A stretch of DNA of 64,000 nucleotides from an uncultured Candidatus Saccharibacteria bacterium (lineage in GTDB: Bacteria; Patescibacteriota; Minisyncoccia; Phycocordibacterales; WO2-35-19): the NCBI GenBank assembly GCA_964534305.1, contig CAZHPR010000001.1, positions 26,944 to 90,943 of the forward strand. The letters are read 5' to 3'. Positions 1 through 9,543 of the stretch are shown here, one piece after another. The position numbers and the translations under genes were made by a program. The notes beneath the pieces were generated by a model. It was not told the origin of the DNA, made no database searches, and saw only the letters and a program-made list of their open reading frames with translations. Numbering within the stretch: the stretch's first letter is position 1; every line of letters begins with the position of its first letter.

Positions 1-153
1 CGTCCATAACCGAGATAGATCTTTCTATAACTGACTCAAAGAGGAGGTTGCCTATCCTCTCTATATACTTTTCTTGTTCCTCGCTATCCATAGAGGTCAG
101 GCCGAAATCTTCTGCTATTTTGTTTTTTAGATTATTGTCCAATTTTTTGTTTT

Positions 154-3100
154 TTAGGCTACCATTTTCATAGGAGATTTTATATTTGAGACACCTTGGC
201 TGTGCTTCTCCATAACAAACCTACCAAGTCTCTTTGTGAAGTCTGCAACGTTCTCATTTTCATAAGGCTTTACATTGCCGTCTGTCATTTCGATAAGACC
301 CAAGAGTTGATCTCCGAATTCCTTATGCTTTGCTGATTTTGCAAGTTCGGAAACTACGTTTGGTGGCAACTTGGTATCAGCAGAATCATCTGTAAAGTAT
401 TTTATCACCTCATTCGCTGATAGTCCCTTCATTAATCCCCAGTCTTTTGTATTTGCTCCAATAACCTTACGTAGTCCAAGAAATCCCTCACTACCATAAG
501 CCCTCTGGATATCATTATTAAACGCTCTCTCTACTGCTGTATCCAAGCTTGAAAGGTCTCCTCCGTTATTTATGTTTCTTATCAAGTTATTTGTATCCCC
601 TCTCATTGTCCTGAGCGTATCAGGATTTATAATTCCCCTATTTGACGGCTCTACTATTTTTGAATCCCTCTCTAATTGTTCCAATCTCCCTCTCGCATTC
701 CTTATCTCATCTTCTAACACCTCCCTTTGAGGAAAAGCTCTATTATCTTGCAGTGAACCAGTTTTATTTCTAATCTCTTCTTCGATAAGTTTTTCTACTT
801 CACTTTGCAAACCATCAATCTTTTTCGATGTCCCTAGTACATCATCAATAACATCCACCCTACCACCAGGACCTGTATAATTATCTTTTACATAATTTAC
901 AGAATTTTTAAGCTCCAATATTTTATCTTCAAGAACCTTGATTCTATCAATGTCCACACCGAGTTCTCTTAGTTGGTTTATCTTTTCACTTATCCTGTCT
1001 ATTTTTTCTAAAGAACCACTCATAAAGGCGGCTCTCTCAGTTTCAGAAAAAATGCCTTTGTTTGATACAGGCGAATCTTCGATATCAGAAGATAGTGTTT
1101 TTGGTATTTCTGAAGGTTCTGGAGTCACTTTGTAAGAGTTTTCTATCTCTGTAGCTCTCTGTACCTCTTGGGCTTCTAGTTCAGGACTCATTCTCTCTGC
1201 TCTTGATATAACTTTTTCAAATTCAGCCTTGTCGTCAAAAGCCTCTGATAAATCAACTGGTTTGCCAACTTCAAGTTTTACACCATATTTAGGATCGGCT
1301 TCAAAGCCAAATTTCTCTGGAGAATTCAAAATCTTATTAGAATAGTAAGCCAATACGTTATTTTTCTGACCAACAGAAAGGGCAGCAAACCTTTCATTAT
1401 TCAAAAGAGCTTCTCTTGTAATGCCCCAAAGAGACCCCTCTTTTGGCACATTTTGCAACATAGCTTCTTTATAATTTGCACCGAACATTTCTTGCAAATC
1501 TACCGAGTCAGCATTTTCTGTAATCTCCGGCTTTACAGCTTCCACAGGTCTCATTTTTGGAACCTCAGTCGATTCTGAAGGAGCAGTTTTGGGTTTAACT
1601 AAATTTTCTGCAGCCCCTCCACCAGTTCCACTGTAGTAACTATTAAATAGTCCACCAGATACAGCACTGGTAATTCCTCCAGCAAGAGCGGCCATACCAA
1701 TCTTTTTAAGATTTAGATTTCTTAATCTTCTATCGAACTCTTTTTCCAGTTCTTCTATTCTTTTACTTTTTTCTTCAACAGAACCCTCCGAGTCTTTTAT
1801 TTTTTGTTCTTCTTGCGTTTTCCATTCTTGCAACTGCTCAGGCTTTAGTATTTTATTTGAAAGACCCATACCAAAACCGCTACCAACAAAAGCTCCAATA
1901 CCTCTTGCTAATCTATATCCTCCTGCACTAACGGCAGCCCCTAATGTGCCAGTCGGCGCCGCAAAAGCAACTCCAGCTGCAATAAGAGAAAATATGGTTG
2001 TATTTAAAGCAAATCTCTGGCCTCTAGTAAGGCCCGCATACCACTTCATACTCTTAGTACCGAGTAGACCTCTAAAACTCTCTTTGGCTTTGTCTAGAAT
2101 ATTTTCACCTCTTGCTGCTTTTATAGACGCATTATAGGAATCATTCTCAGATTTCAATACCTTATACAGCTCATCATCAAACTTAGATTTGACCAACTTT
2201 TCTTGCTCTGGTGTGAGAGGTCCATATACTTCACTTCCTCTTATCTCTGCCCCTATTTGTTTTAGGAGCTCTTCTTTTTTTGAATTATATTCATCTTTCA
2301 GAACAAAGAAACTTTTACCTGTTTTACCACTATAGTTGTGAGTTAGAGCATCCATCTCAGCAAGCTCTGACCTTATACTAGAAAGTTCCTGCAAAATTCT
2401 TTCCTTTTCAGGATTTTGGACTGCCTGCTCAACGTTATCAGCAACTTCTTCCACATTACCCAACTGAGTAGCCTCGGGGGACTCTTCCACACTTTCAACC
2501 TGCGGTTCAACAGCGGTTTTATCTTTCAAATATGGCAAAACTGTATTCCTAATAGCATTTAAAATATCTTCTCCTGTATTTAAAAAACCAACATCTAGGG
2601 TATTTGCTTCCTCCATATAAACAGGAAACACAACCTCCTCACCTTTTGTAATAATCTTAAAATTAGAGTCTTTTAGGATCCTCCTTTCATTTTCTTCTAA
2701 GTCTTGCAGGGCGCCGTCTATTTCCACCTTAAGATCATATTCTTCGGTAGACTTTTTTGGATCGTAATTGGATAAATCCACTCTTCCAAATTCAATCCCA
2801 TTGTTTTTTGGTTCCCTCAAGCCTTCCCGATCTTGATCCAACTGAGTAGACCCCAGTAATTCTCCCATGTTTTCAGCTTGCGGTTCAACAGCAGGCTTAT
2901 CCAAAATCGGATCTTCTTGAGACACACCCTCTTCTACAACAACATCTTGTTTTTCTTGAGGGGTGCTATTTTTAACTAATAATTTTTCCTCTTTTAAAAT
3001 TGGGATGACTGTATCCGTAACATATTGGTATATGTGTGTAGGCTCAGCATCAGCTCTTATTGTTAGCACCTTCTCAGATTCATCATAAACCGCAGAATTC

Positions 3101-3696
3101 ATCGCCCCCTCAACCAATCTTATTTTTATACCTTGAAAAAAATCTTTGATCTCTTTTTGAGTCTTCATTACTAAAGCCCTAAAAGCACGCGCGATATTGT
3201 CGTATGCTTTTATCTTTTCTTGCTCACTGAGATTTGTAAAATCCTCCCCTCTTATCAGCTCTATATTATTCCCAGTACTAGAAAAAACTCCTGCCAAATT
3301 TCTCACAGCACTAGCCAAACTAGTTGATTCTGGAGATACTGCGTTACTTAAGCTTACTACATCAAAACCCAATACAGGCTTTACTGGTCTCGGAACAGCA
3401 ACCTCACTTTGCTGAGTCCCACCAGGAATTTTGCTCTCTAGAGTTTCTGGTGCCTCTAAACCAATAGTATCTTGCGCTTGTTTAGCTTGTTTAGCTTGTT
3501 CTGCTCTTTCCAAAACTGTATTAGCCCACTTGCCTCTTTTGCTATGAGTTGTTTCTTTTTGATCAGGTACAACCTCGCCTTCATTCTCAGATATCCATTT
3601 CTTTTTATCACCAAGAGACCAGTTTTCAAAATTTTCTGGTCTTGAAGGTGTCTCATTACCATAGGTTTCTCCAAAATTAATCTCGCTAGTTGCCAT
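154..3696 (-). CDS. Large hypothetical protein with coiled coils, a central Gly/Ala-rich hydrophobic segment and a duplicated N-terminal module
   Basis: Long ORF, likely start at ATG 3696 (MATSEINF). Hydrophobic GxxxG-rich segments around residues 570-690. No family recognised. Confidence 0.75.
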   Translation of the reverse strand: MATSEINFGETYGNETPSRPENFENWSLGDKKKWISENEGEVVPDQKETTHSKRGKWANTVLERAEQAKQAKQAQDTIGLEAPETLESKIPGGTQQSEVAVPRPVKPVLGFDVVSLSNAVSPESTSLASAVRNLAGVFSSTGNNIELIRGEDFTNLSEQEKIKAYDNIARAFRALVMKTQKEIKDFFQGIKIRLVEGAMNSAVYDESEKVLTIRADAEPTHIYQYVTDTVIPILKEEKLLVKNSTPQEKQDVVVEEGVSQEDPILDKPAVEPQAENMGELLGSTQLDQDREGLREPKNNGIEFGRVDLSNYDPKKSTEEYDLKVEIDGALQDLEENERRILKDSNFKIITKGEEVVFPVYMEEANTLDVGFLNTGEDILNAIRNTVLPYLKDKTAVEPQVESVEESPEATQLGNVEEVADNVEQAVQNPEKERILQELSSIRSELAEMDALTHNYSGKTGKSFFVLKDEYNSKKEELLKQIGAEIRGSEVYGPLTPEQEKLVKSKFDDELYKVLKSENDSYNASIKAARGENILDKAKESFRGLLGTKSMKWYAGLTRGQRFALNTTIFSLIAAGVAFAAPTGTLGAAVSAGGYRLARGIGAFVGSGFGMGLSNKILKPEQLQEWKTQEEQKIKDSEGSVEEKSKRIEELEKEFDRRLRNLNLKKIGMAALAGGITSAVSGGLFNSYYSGTGGGAAENLVKPKTAPSESTEVPKMRPVEAVKPEITENADSVDLQEMFGANYKEAMLQNVPKEGSLWGITREALLNNERFAALSVGQKNNVLAYYSNKILNSPEKFGFEADPKYGVKLEVGKPVDLSEAFDDKAEFEKVISRAERMSPELEAQEVQRATEIENSYKVTPEPSEIPKTLSSDIEDSPVSNKGIFSETERAAFMSGSLEKIDRISEKINQLRELGVDIDRIKVLEDKILELKNSVNYVKDNYTGPGGRVDVIDDVLGTSKKIDGLQSEVEKLIEEEIRNKTGSLQDNRAFPQREVLEDEIRNARGRLEQLERDSKIVEPSNRGIINPDTLRTMRGDTNNLIRNINNGGDLSSLDTAVERAFNNDIQRAYGSEGFLGLRKVIGANTKDWGLMKGLSANEVIKYFTDDSADTKLPPNVVSELAKSAKHKEFGDQLLGLIEMTDGNVKPYENENVADFTKRLGRFVMEKHSQGVSNIKSPMKMVA

Positions 3697-3758
3697 GTTG
3701 AATTTAATTATAGAACACAAGACTAAAAGCGCAATTATAAATGTAGAAAGAGGTTCGC

Positions 3759-3787
3759 TTGACAGCCGAAACTCTCGGGTGTATAAT
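3759..3787 (+). promoter_or_regulatory. Sigma70 promoter of nusA
   Basis: Perfect TTGACA (3759-3764), 17-bp spacer, TATAAT (3782-3787). Confidence 0.85.
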
Positions 3788-3896
3788 GGTTCTAATACTG
3801 AATGATAGACACTCGCCTACCCGCGAGATTTTTCTTTTCAATTTTTGTATTATTTCGTATTAATTCGTTAATTTATTCATCTAATTTTCTAATAAA

Positions 3897-5051
3897 ATGT
3901 TTGATCTAAAGGTTATAAATTCGGTCCTTGCCCAATTAGAAGAGGAGCGAGGCATCGCCAGAGAAAAGGTCCTTGAGGCAATCGAGGCTGCTTTGGCAAC
4001 AGCTTACAAAAAGGAGTACGGCAAAAAAGGCCAGATAATAAAGGCAAAATTTGATCTAAACACTGGCGCAGTAGAGATGGAACAGGTAAAGATCGTGGTA
4101 GACGAGTCAAAGGTATTTATGGACAAAGAGTCTTACCAAGAGGCAATCCAAACCGCAGAAGAAACTGACGACGAGAGAGTATTGTTCAACCCAGAACACC
4201 ACATACTTTTGGAGGATGCCAAGAGAATAAAGAGAGACGCCGCAATAGGAGATGAAATCGTATTCCCTATTGAATCAAAAGGAGATTATGGCCGCATAGC
4301 ATCGCAGACAGCAAAGCAGGTTATTATGCAAAAAATAAGAGAAGCCGAGAGAGGTTCTGTACTCAAAGAATTTGGTGAGCGAGAAGGAGAAATAGTATCA
4401 GGAACAGTACAAAGAATAGAACGAGGCAATATATTTGTAGACGTTGGTAGAGCTGTCGGTATATTACCTTATGAAGAGCAGATCCCTGGAGAGAGATTTT
4501 CTCAAGGAGAAAGAGTTAGAGCTTATCTATACAAAGTGGAGGACGGCCCAAAGGGAGTCGCTCTGCGTCTATCTCGTTCTCATCCAAAATTCCTTGTAAA
4601 GCTTTTTGAAAACGAAGCTCCAGAACTTGCCGCTGGGACAATAGAGATAAGAGCTGTCGCAAGAGAGGCCGGCTCCAGGTCAAAGGTCGCCGTCTTTAGC
4701 AACGATACTTACATAGATCCAGTAGGATCTTTGGTTGGTCAGAGGGGCGTTAGGGTTGCAACAGTTACAAGCGAGCTTGGCGGAGAAAAGATCGATGTAA
4801 TAGAATGGTCCGACGATATAAAGACATTTATAGAAGACTCTCTCTCTCCTGCAAAGATAATATCTGTTGATATAGATGAAGAAAACAGACAGGCAAAGGT
4901 TGTTGTTTCTGAGGATCAGCAGTCTCTAGCTATCGGTAAAGGAGGCCAAAATGTTCGCCTTGCAGCAAAGCTTACCGGTTGGAGGATTGATATCAGCTCA
5001 ATAGCCGGCAAAGATCTTGGTAGCGCAGAAGGAGAGGTAGAATTATCCTAA
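3897..5051 (+). CDS. nusA: Transcription termination/antitermination factor NusA
   Basis: GRIASQTAKQVIMQKIREAER, AREAGSRSKVAV, DPVGSLVGQRGVRV, LAIGKGGQNVRLAAKLTGWRIDI; S1 plus KH domains. Confidence 0.98.
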   Translation: MFDLKVINSVLAQLEEERGIAREKVLEAIEAALATAYKKEYGKKGQIIKAKFDLNTGAVEMEQVKIVVDESKVFMDKESYQEAIQTAEETDDERVLFNPEHHILLEDAKRIKRDAAIGDEIVFPIESKGDYGRIASQTAKQVIMQKIREAERGSVLKEFGEREGEIVSGTVQRIERGNIFVDVGRAVGILPYEEQIPGERFSQGERVRAYLYKVEDGPKGVALRLSRSHPKFLVKLFENEAPELAAGTIEIRAVAREAGSRSKVAVFSNDTYIDPVGSLVGQRGVRVATVTSELGGEKIDVIEWSDDIKTFIEDSLSPAKIISVDIDEENRQAKVVVSEDQQSLAIGKGGQNVRLAAKLTGWRIDISSIAGKDLGSAEGEVELS

Positions 5052-5144
5052 TTATTCTAATTAACCTAATCCCCAAAAATTGAATTTGAAAGATTAGTCA
5101 TTTTTTAGAATAATTAGAGAAATTATAAATTAGAATAATTTAAT

Positions 5145-5672
5145 ATGAACTTATGGCATGAAATAGATCCTGGCAATAAAGAGAGAATGACAGTTATTGT
5201 AGAAATCAACAAAGGATCAAAAAATAAATACGAAATAGACAAAAAGACGGGCCTAATCGCTCTGGACAGAGCTGCGCATACCGCTCAGGACTTCCCTTTT
5301 GACTATGGCTTTGTACCTCAGACACTCTGGCACGACAATGACCCTCTTGATGTGATCCTACTTACTACCTACCCATTACTACCTGGAGTAATGGTACACG
5401 CAAGACCGGTCGCTATTATGAATATGATTGATGGAGGCGACGCGGATGACAAAATAATCGCAGTACCATGTGAAGACCCGAGATGGGACGAGATAAAAGA
5501 TCTTTCTGATCTAAACAAGCATACACTCAAAGAAATAGAGCACTTCTATTCAACTTACAAAAAACTTCAGAACAAAGTAGTTGAGGTGCACGGGTTTAAA
5601 GGCAAGCAAGACGCCGAAAAAGCTTTTGAAGAGAGCCTTGAAATCTACAAAAAGAAGTACAAAAATGCTTAA
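5145..5672 (+). CDS. ppa: Inorganic pyrophosphatase, family I
   Basis: EINKGSKNKYE, YGFVPQT, DNDPLD, DDKIIAV motifs. Confidence 0.97.
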   Translation: MNLWHEIDPGNKERMTVIVEINKGSKNKYEIDKKTGLIALDRAAHTAQDFPFDYGFVPQTLWHDNDPLDVILLTTYPLLPGVMVHARPVAIMNMIDGGDADDKIIAVPCEDPRWDEIKDLSDLNKHTLKEIEHFYSTYKKLQNKVVEVHGFKGKQDAEKAFEESLEIYKKKYKNA

Positions 5673-5674
5673 AC

Positions 5675-5707
5675 ACAAAAACCCCTTCCACAAAAAGGGG
5701 TTTTTGT
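5675..5707 (+). terminator. Intrinsic terminator after ppa
   Basis: AAAAACCCCTT-loop-AAGGGGTTTTT. Confidence 0.8.
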
Positions 5708-5781
5708 TTTCTATATTAGTAGTACAATTCTAGTTGTACGGTTATGATCTTTAGAAATTAATTATTAAAAAAATAAATAAA

Positions 5782-6501
5782 ATGAAAAACTCAAAATTAA
5801 AAATAATTTCAGCTATGGTGCTAGGTGCGTTGATGCTACCGATTGTCTCTAGCGCACAGACAACCACTCCGGTAAAAAACAGAGAGGAAGTAAAGGCTCA
5901 AATAGAGCAGAGGAAGCAGGAGATGGAAGAAAAAAGAGAAGAATTAAAAAACGAGTTTGAACTAAAAAAACAAGAATTTGAGGCGAAGAGAGAACAGATA
6001 AAGCAGGAGATGGAACTAAAAAAGGAGGAGATAAAACAAAAGGTAGAAGAGAGAAAGCAGTTAGTAGATAGCAAAATAGAAGAAAGGCTGTCAAACTTCG
6101 TAGAGAAACTTGAAAAAAGATTTAATTCTGCGATAGAAAGATTGGAAGTATTGGTAACTAGGATAGAGTCTAGAATAGCAAAGATGGATGAAGAAGATAT
6201 AGACACAACAAAGGCTAAGGGATTGCTGGCTGAAGCCAAGACAAAAATAGCAACCGCAAAGACAAGTGTAGCCGCAATAAGCACAAAAGCAGACGAGGTA
6301 CTTGCGGGAGATACAAAAGCTCTATACCCAGAGCTTAAGGAAGCAGTAGAAAAGGCAAAAAATGATATAAAAGAGGCTCATGCTGCTCTAGTAAAGGTAG
6401 TGAGTGAGCTAAAACCTGGATTCTATAAGAGTCGAGATGGTAAAATGTCTACCACCACCCCTTCAACATCAACAACCACTGCTACGACAACATCAAATTA
6501 A
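5782..6501 (+). CDS. Secreted coiled-coil hypothetical protein
   Basis: Signal peptide ending VSSA, E/K-rich heptads, Thr/Ser-rich tail. Confidence 0.8.
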   Translation: MKNSKLKIISAMVLGALMLPIVSSAQTTTPVKNREEVKAQIEQRKQEMEEKREELKNEFELKKQEFEAKREQIKQEMELKKEEIKQKVEERKQLVDSKIEERLSNFVEKLEKRFNSAIERLEVLVTRIESRIAKMDEEDIDTTKAKGLLAEAKTKIATAKTSVAAISTKADEVLAGDTKALYPELKEAVEKAKNDIKEAHAALVKVVSELKPGFYKSRDGKMSTTTPSTSTTTATTTSN

Positions 6502-6521
6502 CAAAATAATCAAAAAATAAA

Positions 6522-6833
6522 ATGGACACTTTTAACCCAAACCAAATGCCTCCTATGAGCGGGATGGAACCACAGAAAAAATCTTCTGGCCCACTTATAG
6601 CGGTAATAATAATACTTGCTCTAATAGTTATTGGAGGGTTGTACTTCCTAAAAGAGAAGATGGCTAGAGACACTTATGTCCCACCACAGGAAGACTCTGT
6701 CACACAGGAGCTACAGGCGCAAAGCACCTCCGATGATCTAAACAGCATTGAAGCTGATCTAAACGCAACAGATGTGGACAACCTAGATCAAGGAGCTTCT
6801 GTTATCCAAGCAGAGATAGAGTCTCAGATTTAA
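6522..6833 (+). CDS. Single-pass membrane hypothetical protein
   Basis: One TM helix (GPLIAVIIILALIVIGGLYFL) followed by an acidic tail. Confidence 0.8.
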   Translation: MDTFNPNQMPPMSGMEPQKKSSGPLIAVIIILALIVIGGLYFLKEKMARDTYVPPQEDSVTQELQAQSTSDDLNSIEADLNATDVDNLDQGASVIQAEIESQI

Positions 6834-6849
6834 AAAATTACCAAAAAGG

Positions 6850-6883
6850 AAACAAAGCCCCGCCTTACGGCGGGGCTTTGTTT
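6850..6883 (+). terminator. Intrinsic terminator
   Basis: AAACAAAGCCCCGCC-TTAC-GGCGGGGCTTTGTTT, a perfect stem. Confidence 0.9.
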
Positions 6884-6918
6884 GATTAGTTTTTGTGTTT
6901 ATTGTAGACTTTGAAGCC

Positions 6919-7986
6919 ATGAGTCAATATAAACTAAAAACAAATAAGCTGCCAAAAGGAGAAATTGAGATAGAGGGAGAGATAGACTCTTCCCTACTTC
7001 TTGAAGCACGAAAAAAAGCATTAAAAAAGATTGGCCAAGATGTTGAGGTTGACGGATTTCGCAAAGGAAATGTGCCAGAGAAAATAATCATAGATAAATT
7101 TGGAGAATCTTTCATCATGGAAGAGGCGGCTGAAATACTTCTTCAAGAACACTACCCTCTTATAGTTAAAGAGATGGACCTAGACACCATAGGTAGACCA
7201 AATATTTCTATAACAAAATTGGCCTTGGGCAATCCGCTCCAGTTCAAAATAAAAACAGCAACCCTACCAGAAATAAAACTCCCTGATTACAAAAAGATTG
7301 CGAAAGAAAAAAACTCAAAAAAAATTGAGATCCCGGAAGTTACCGAAAAGGAAATTGATGAGATACTACTACAGATAAGAAAAAATAAAGCTCATTTTGA
7401 CTGGCATAAATCAAATCCAAAAGAAGATGGCCACAACCATCCTGATTTTGAAAAAGAAGAAAATCTTCCAGTCTTAGATGACCAGCTTGCAAAAGAAGCG
7501 GGAAACTTTAAGGATCTTGCCGAGATGAAAGAAAAGATAAAAGAGAATATAAAAAAAGACAAAGAACTTAGGGAAGTAGAAAAAAGAAGGGGTGAAATAA
7601 TCGACGCCCTTGTAAAAGAAACTGATTTTGAGGTACCAGACATTTTGGTAGAGGCGGAAGTTTCAAAATATATGGCACAAATGCAAGACGATATAGAGAG
7701 AGCTGGGGGCAAGTTTAGCGAGTATCTATCACACATAAAGAAAACTGAAGATGATCTGAGGAAGGAGTGGCGAGAGCCGGCTGAAAATAAAGCAAAGGTA
7801 CAGCTTATATTCAACAAAATTGCCGAGACAGAAAAGTTGGAACCAAACAAAGAAATCCTAGAAAATGAAGTAAAACACTTGCTAGAACATTACCCAAATT
7901 CTAGCGAAGAAAACGCTCGTATCTACGTTTCTACTATTCTCCTCAACAGCGAAGTCCTCAAACTCCTAGAGAACCAAAAGGCTTAA
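6919..7986 (+). CDS. tig: Trigger factor with a reduced or absent FKBP domain
   Basis: GFRKGNVP ribosome-binding motif and C-terminal helical domain; only a short linker where the PPIase domain normally lies. Likely start at ATG 6919. Confidence 0.92.
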   Translation: MSQYKLKTNKLPKGEIEIEGEIDSSLLLEARKKALKKIGQDVEVDGFRKGNVPEKIIIDKFGESFIMEEAAEILLQEHYPLIVKEMDLDTIGRPNISITKLALGNPLQFKIKTATLPEIKLPDYKKIAKEKNSKKIEIPEVTEKEIDEILLQIRKNKAHFDWHKSNPKEDGHNHPDFEKEENLPVLDDQLAKEAGNFKDLAEMKEKIKENIKKDKELREVEKRRGEIIDALVKETDFEVPDILVEAEVSKYMAQMQDDIERAGGKFSEYLSHIKKTEDDLRKEWREPAENKAKVQLIFNKIAETEKLEPNKEILENEVKHLLEHYPNSSEENARIYVSTILLNSEVLKLLENQKA

Positions 7987-8679
7987 GGCGGCGATGGCGG
8001 CGGTTTCGGCGCGCAAAACAAGAGAACCCAGAGAATACACTTGGGCTTCTTTTTGTTTAAATAGATCTAACTCCTTTGGAGACCAGCCACCTTCAGGCCC
8101 GATGAATAAGTTTACAGACTCCAGATTATAGTTTTCAGTTCCCCTCTTCTTTGCAAGGAGAGGGGTTAGGGGTGAGGTAGAAGAAGGCTCCAATATAATC
8201 ACCCCTCCTTCTGTTTCCTCAATACTATCTGCTAACTGCTTAATGCTATTTATCTCCGGTACATCAGCTCTGCCGCACTGCTCGCTTGCCTCTATCGCAA
8301 TCCTCTTTGCTCTTTCAAGGTTAAAACCTTTTTTCTCACTTCTTTCTGAAAGGATTGGAATTATTTTTGAGACCCCAAGTTCTGTCGCCTTTTCTATCAC
8401 CAGCTCAAGGTTATCTTTTTTTATCAAAGAAATATAAAGACTAATTTTATTTTTAGGGACCACTCCCCCTCTCTCTTCTAAGAGTCTCACCCAAGCTTCT
8501 CGATTGTTTATTGTTTCTATAACGTATAGGTATTCGCTCCCCCTACCGTCAAAGAGGACAACCTCGCTCCCAACATTGTATCTAAAGACACTTCTCCACT
8601 GGTGCATCAAATCTCTATCCTGCAACAGGGTCCTATCGCTACCTAAATCCTTTTTTATATAAAACCTATGTAGTCGCAT
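7966..8679 (-). CDS. rsmE: 16S rRNA m3U1498 methyltransferase with an in-frame palindromic repeat
   Basis: EKATELGV, EASEQCGR, IGPEGGWS, LRAETAAIAA. Confidence 0.97.
   Translation of the reverse strand: MRLHRFYIKKDLGSDRTLLQDRDLMHQWRSVFRYNVGSEVVLFDGRGSEYLYVIETINNREAWVRLLEERGGVVPKNKISLYISLIKKDNLELVIEKATELGVSKIIPILSERSEKKGFNLERAKRIAIEASEQCGRADVPEINSIKQLADSIEETEGGVIILEPSSTSPLTPLLAKKRGTENYNLESVNLFIGPEGGWSPKELDLFKQKEAQVYSLGSLVLRAETAAIAALSLLVL
8138..8182 (-). repeat. DUF559-associated palindromic repeat, in-frame in rsmE
   Basis: gttcccctcttctttgcaaggagaggggttaggggtgaggtagaa; one mismatch to 11931-11975; encodes STSPLTPLLAKKRGT. Confidence 0.92.
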
Positions 8680-8728
8680 AACTACCCAATACTAGCGCAA
8701 ATTTGAAAATTGTGCTATACTAATTGGT

Positions 8729-9322
8729 ATGAAAAACACAAAAAATTCAATATTGGTCCCTACCGTTATAGAAAAGGTGCCCGGAGGAGAAAGAGCCTTT
8801 GATATATACTCTCGTCTACTTAAAGAGAGGATAATATTCCTAGGTGGTCCGATAGAAGACACAATGGCAAACCTAATAATCGCCCAGCTTCTGTTTCTCC
8901 AGAGTGAGGATCCAAAGAAAGACATTTCTATCTACATAAACTCTCCCGGAGGATCGGTAACTTCAACCCTCGCAATTATAGACACTATGAACTTTATAAA
9001 GCCAGATGTGTCTACTGTTTGCGTCGGTATTGCAGCTTCGGGTGCCGCGATGGTGCTTTCCGCTGGTAAGAAAGGAAAGAGACTTATACTTCCAAACGCA
9101 GAAGTCATGATTCACCAGCCACTTGGTGGAGCCGAGGGACAAGCAACAGATATTGCAATAACCGCAAAACACATACTAAAGACCAAGGACAGGCTAAACA
9201 AAATGCTCGCAGACAACACAGGAAGACCGCTTTCTCAAATAGAGAAGGACGTAGAGAGAGACTTCTTTATGGACAGCGAAGAAGCCAAAAGATACGGAAT
9301 TATAGACAAGGTAATCTCATAA
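8729..9322 (+). CDS. clpP: ATP-dependent Clp protease proteolytic subunit
   Basis: [26 protein letters not shown] catalytic Ser, MIHQP. Confidence 0.98.
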   Translation: MKNTKNSILVPTVIEKVPGGERAFDIYSRLLKERIIFLGGPIEDTMANLIIAQLLFLQSEDPKKDISIYINSPGGSVTSTLAIIDTMNFIKPDVSTVCVGIAASGAAMVLSAGKKGKRLILPNAEVMIHQPLGGAEGQATDIAITAKHILKTKDRLNKMLADNTGRPLSQIEKDVERDFFMDSEEAKRYGIIDKVIS

Positions 9323-9332
9323 ATCTATAAAA

Positions 9333-9371
9333 TTTAGCAAGACCCGCCTCAAAAAGGCGGGTCTTGCTAAA
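9333..9371 (+). terminator. Intrinsic terminator after clpP
   Basis: TTTAGCAAGACCCGCCT-loop-AGGCGGGTCTTGCTAAA. Confidence 0.8.
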
Positions 9372-9543
9372 AAGTGTTATTCTTTGTATACTTATAGTAT
9401 TAATATTTAATTCAAAGTGATTTTGTTTTCCGAAAGACTTTATCGATAGAAAATCCAAAAACAAATAAAATATGTTTAAAATATACAAAAACAGAAATAC
9501 TGAACAAAAAAGTGTAAAAGAAAACACAGTCACTCGTTAGAAC

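Noticed and set aside
3477-3504. 9-bp tandem repeat encoding QAKQAKQA
   Set aside because: Simple slippage repeat within a coding region.
9474-9540. 22-aa uORF upstream of rny
   Set aside because: No SD or distinctive composition; plausible by chance in A-rich DNA.
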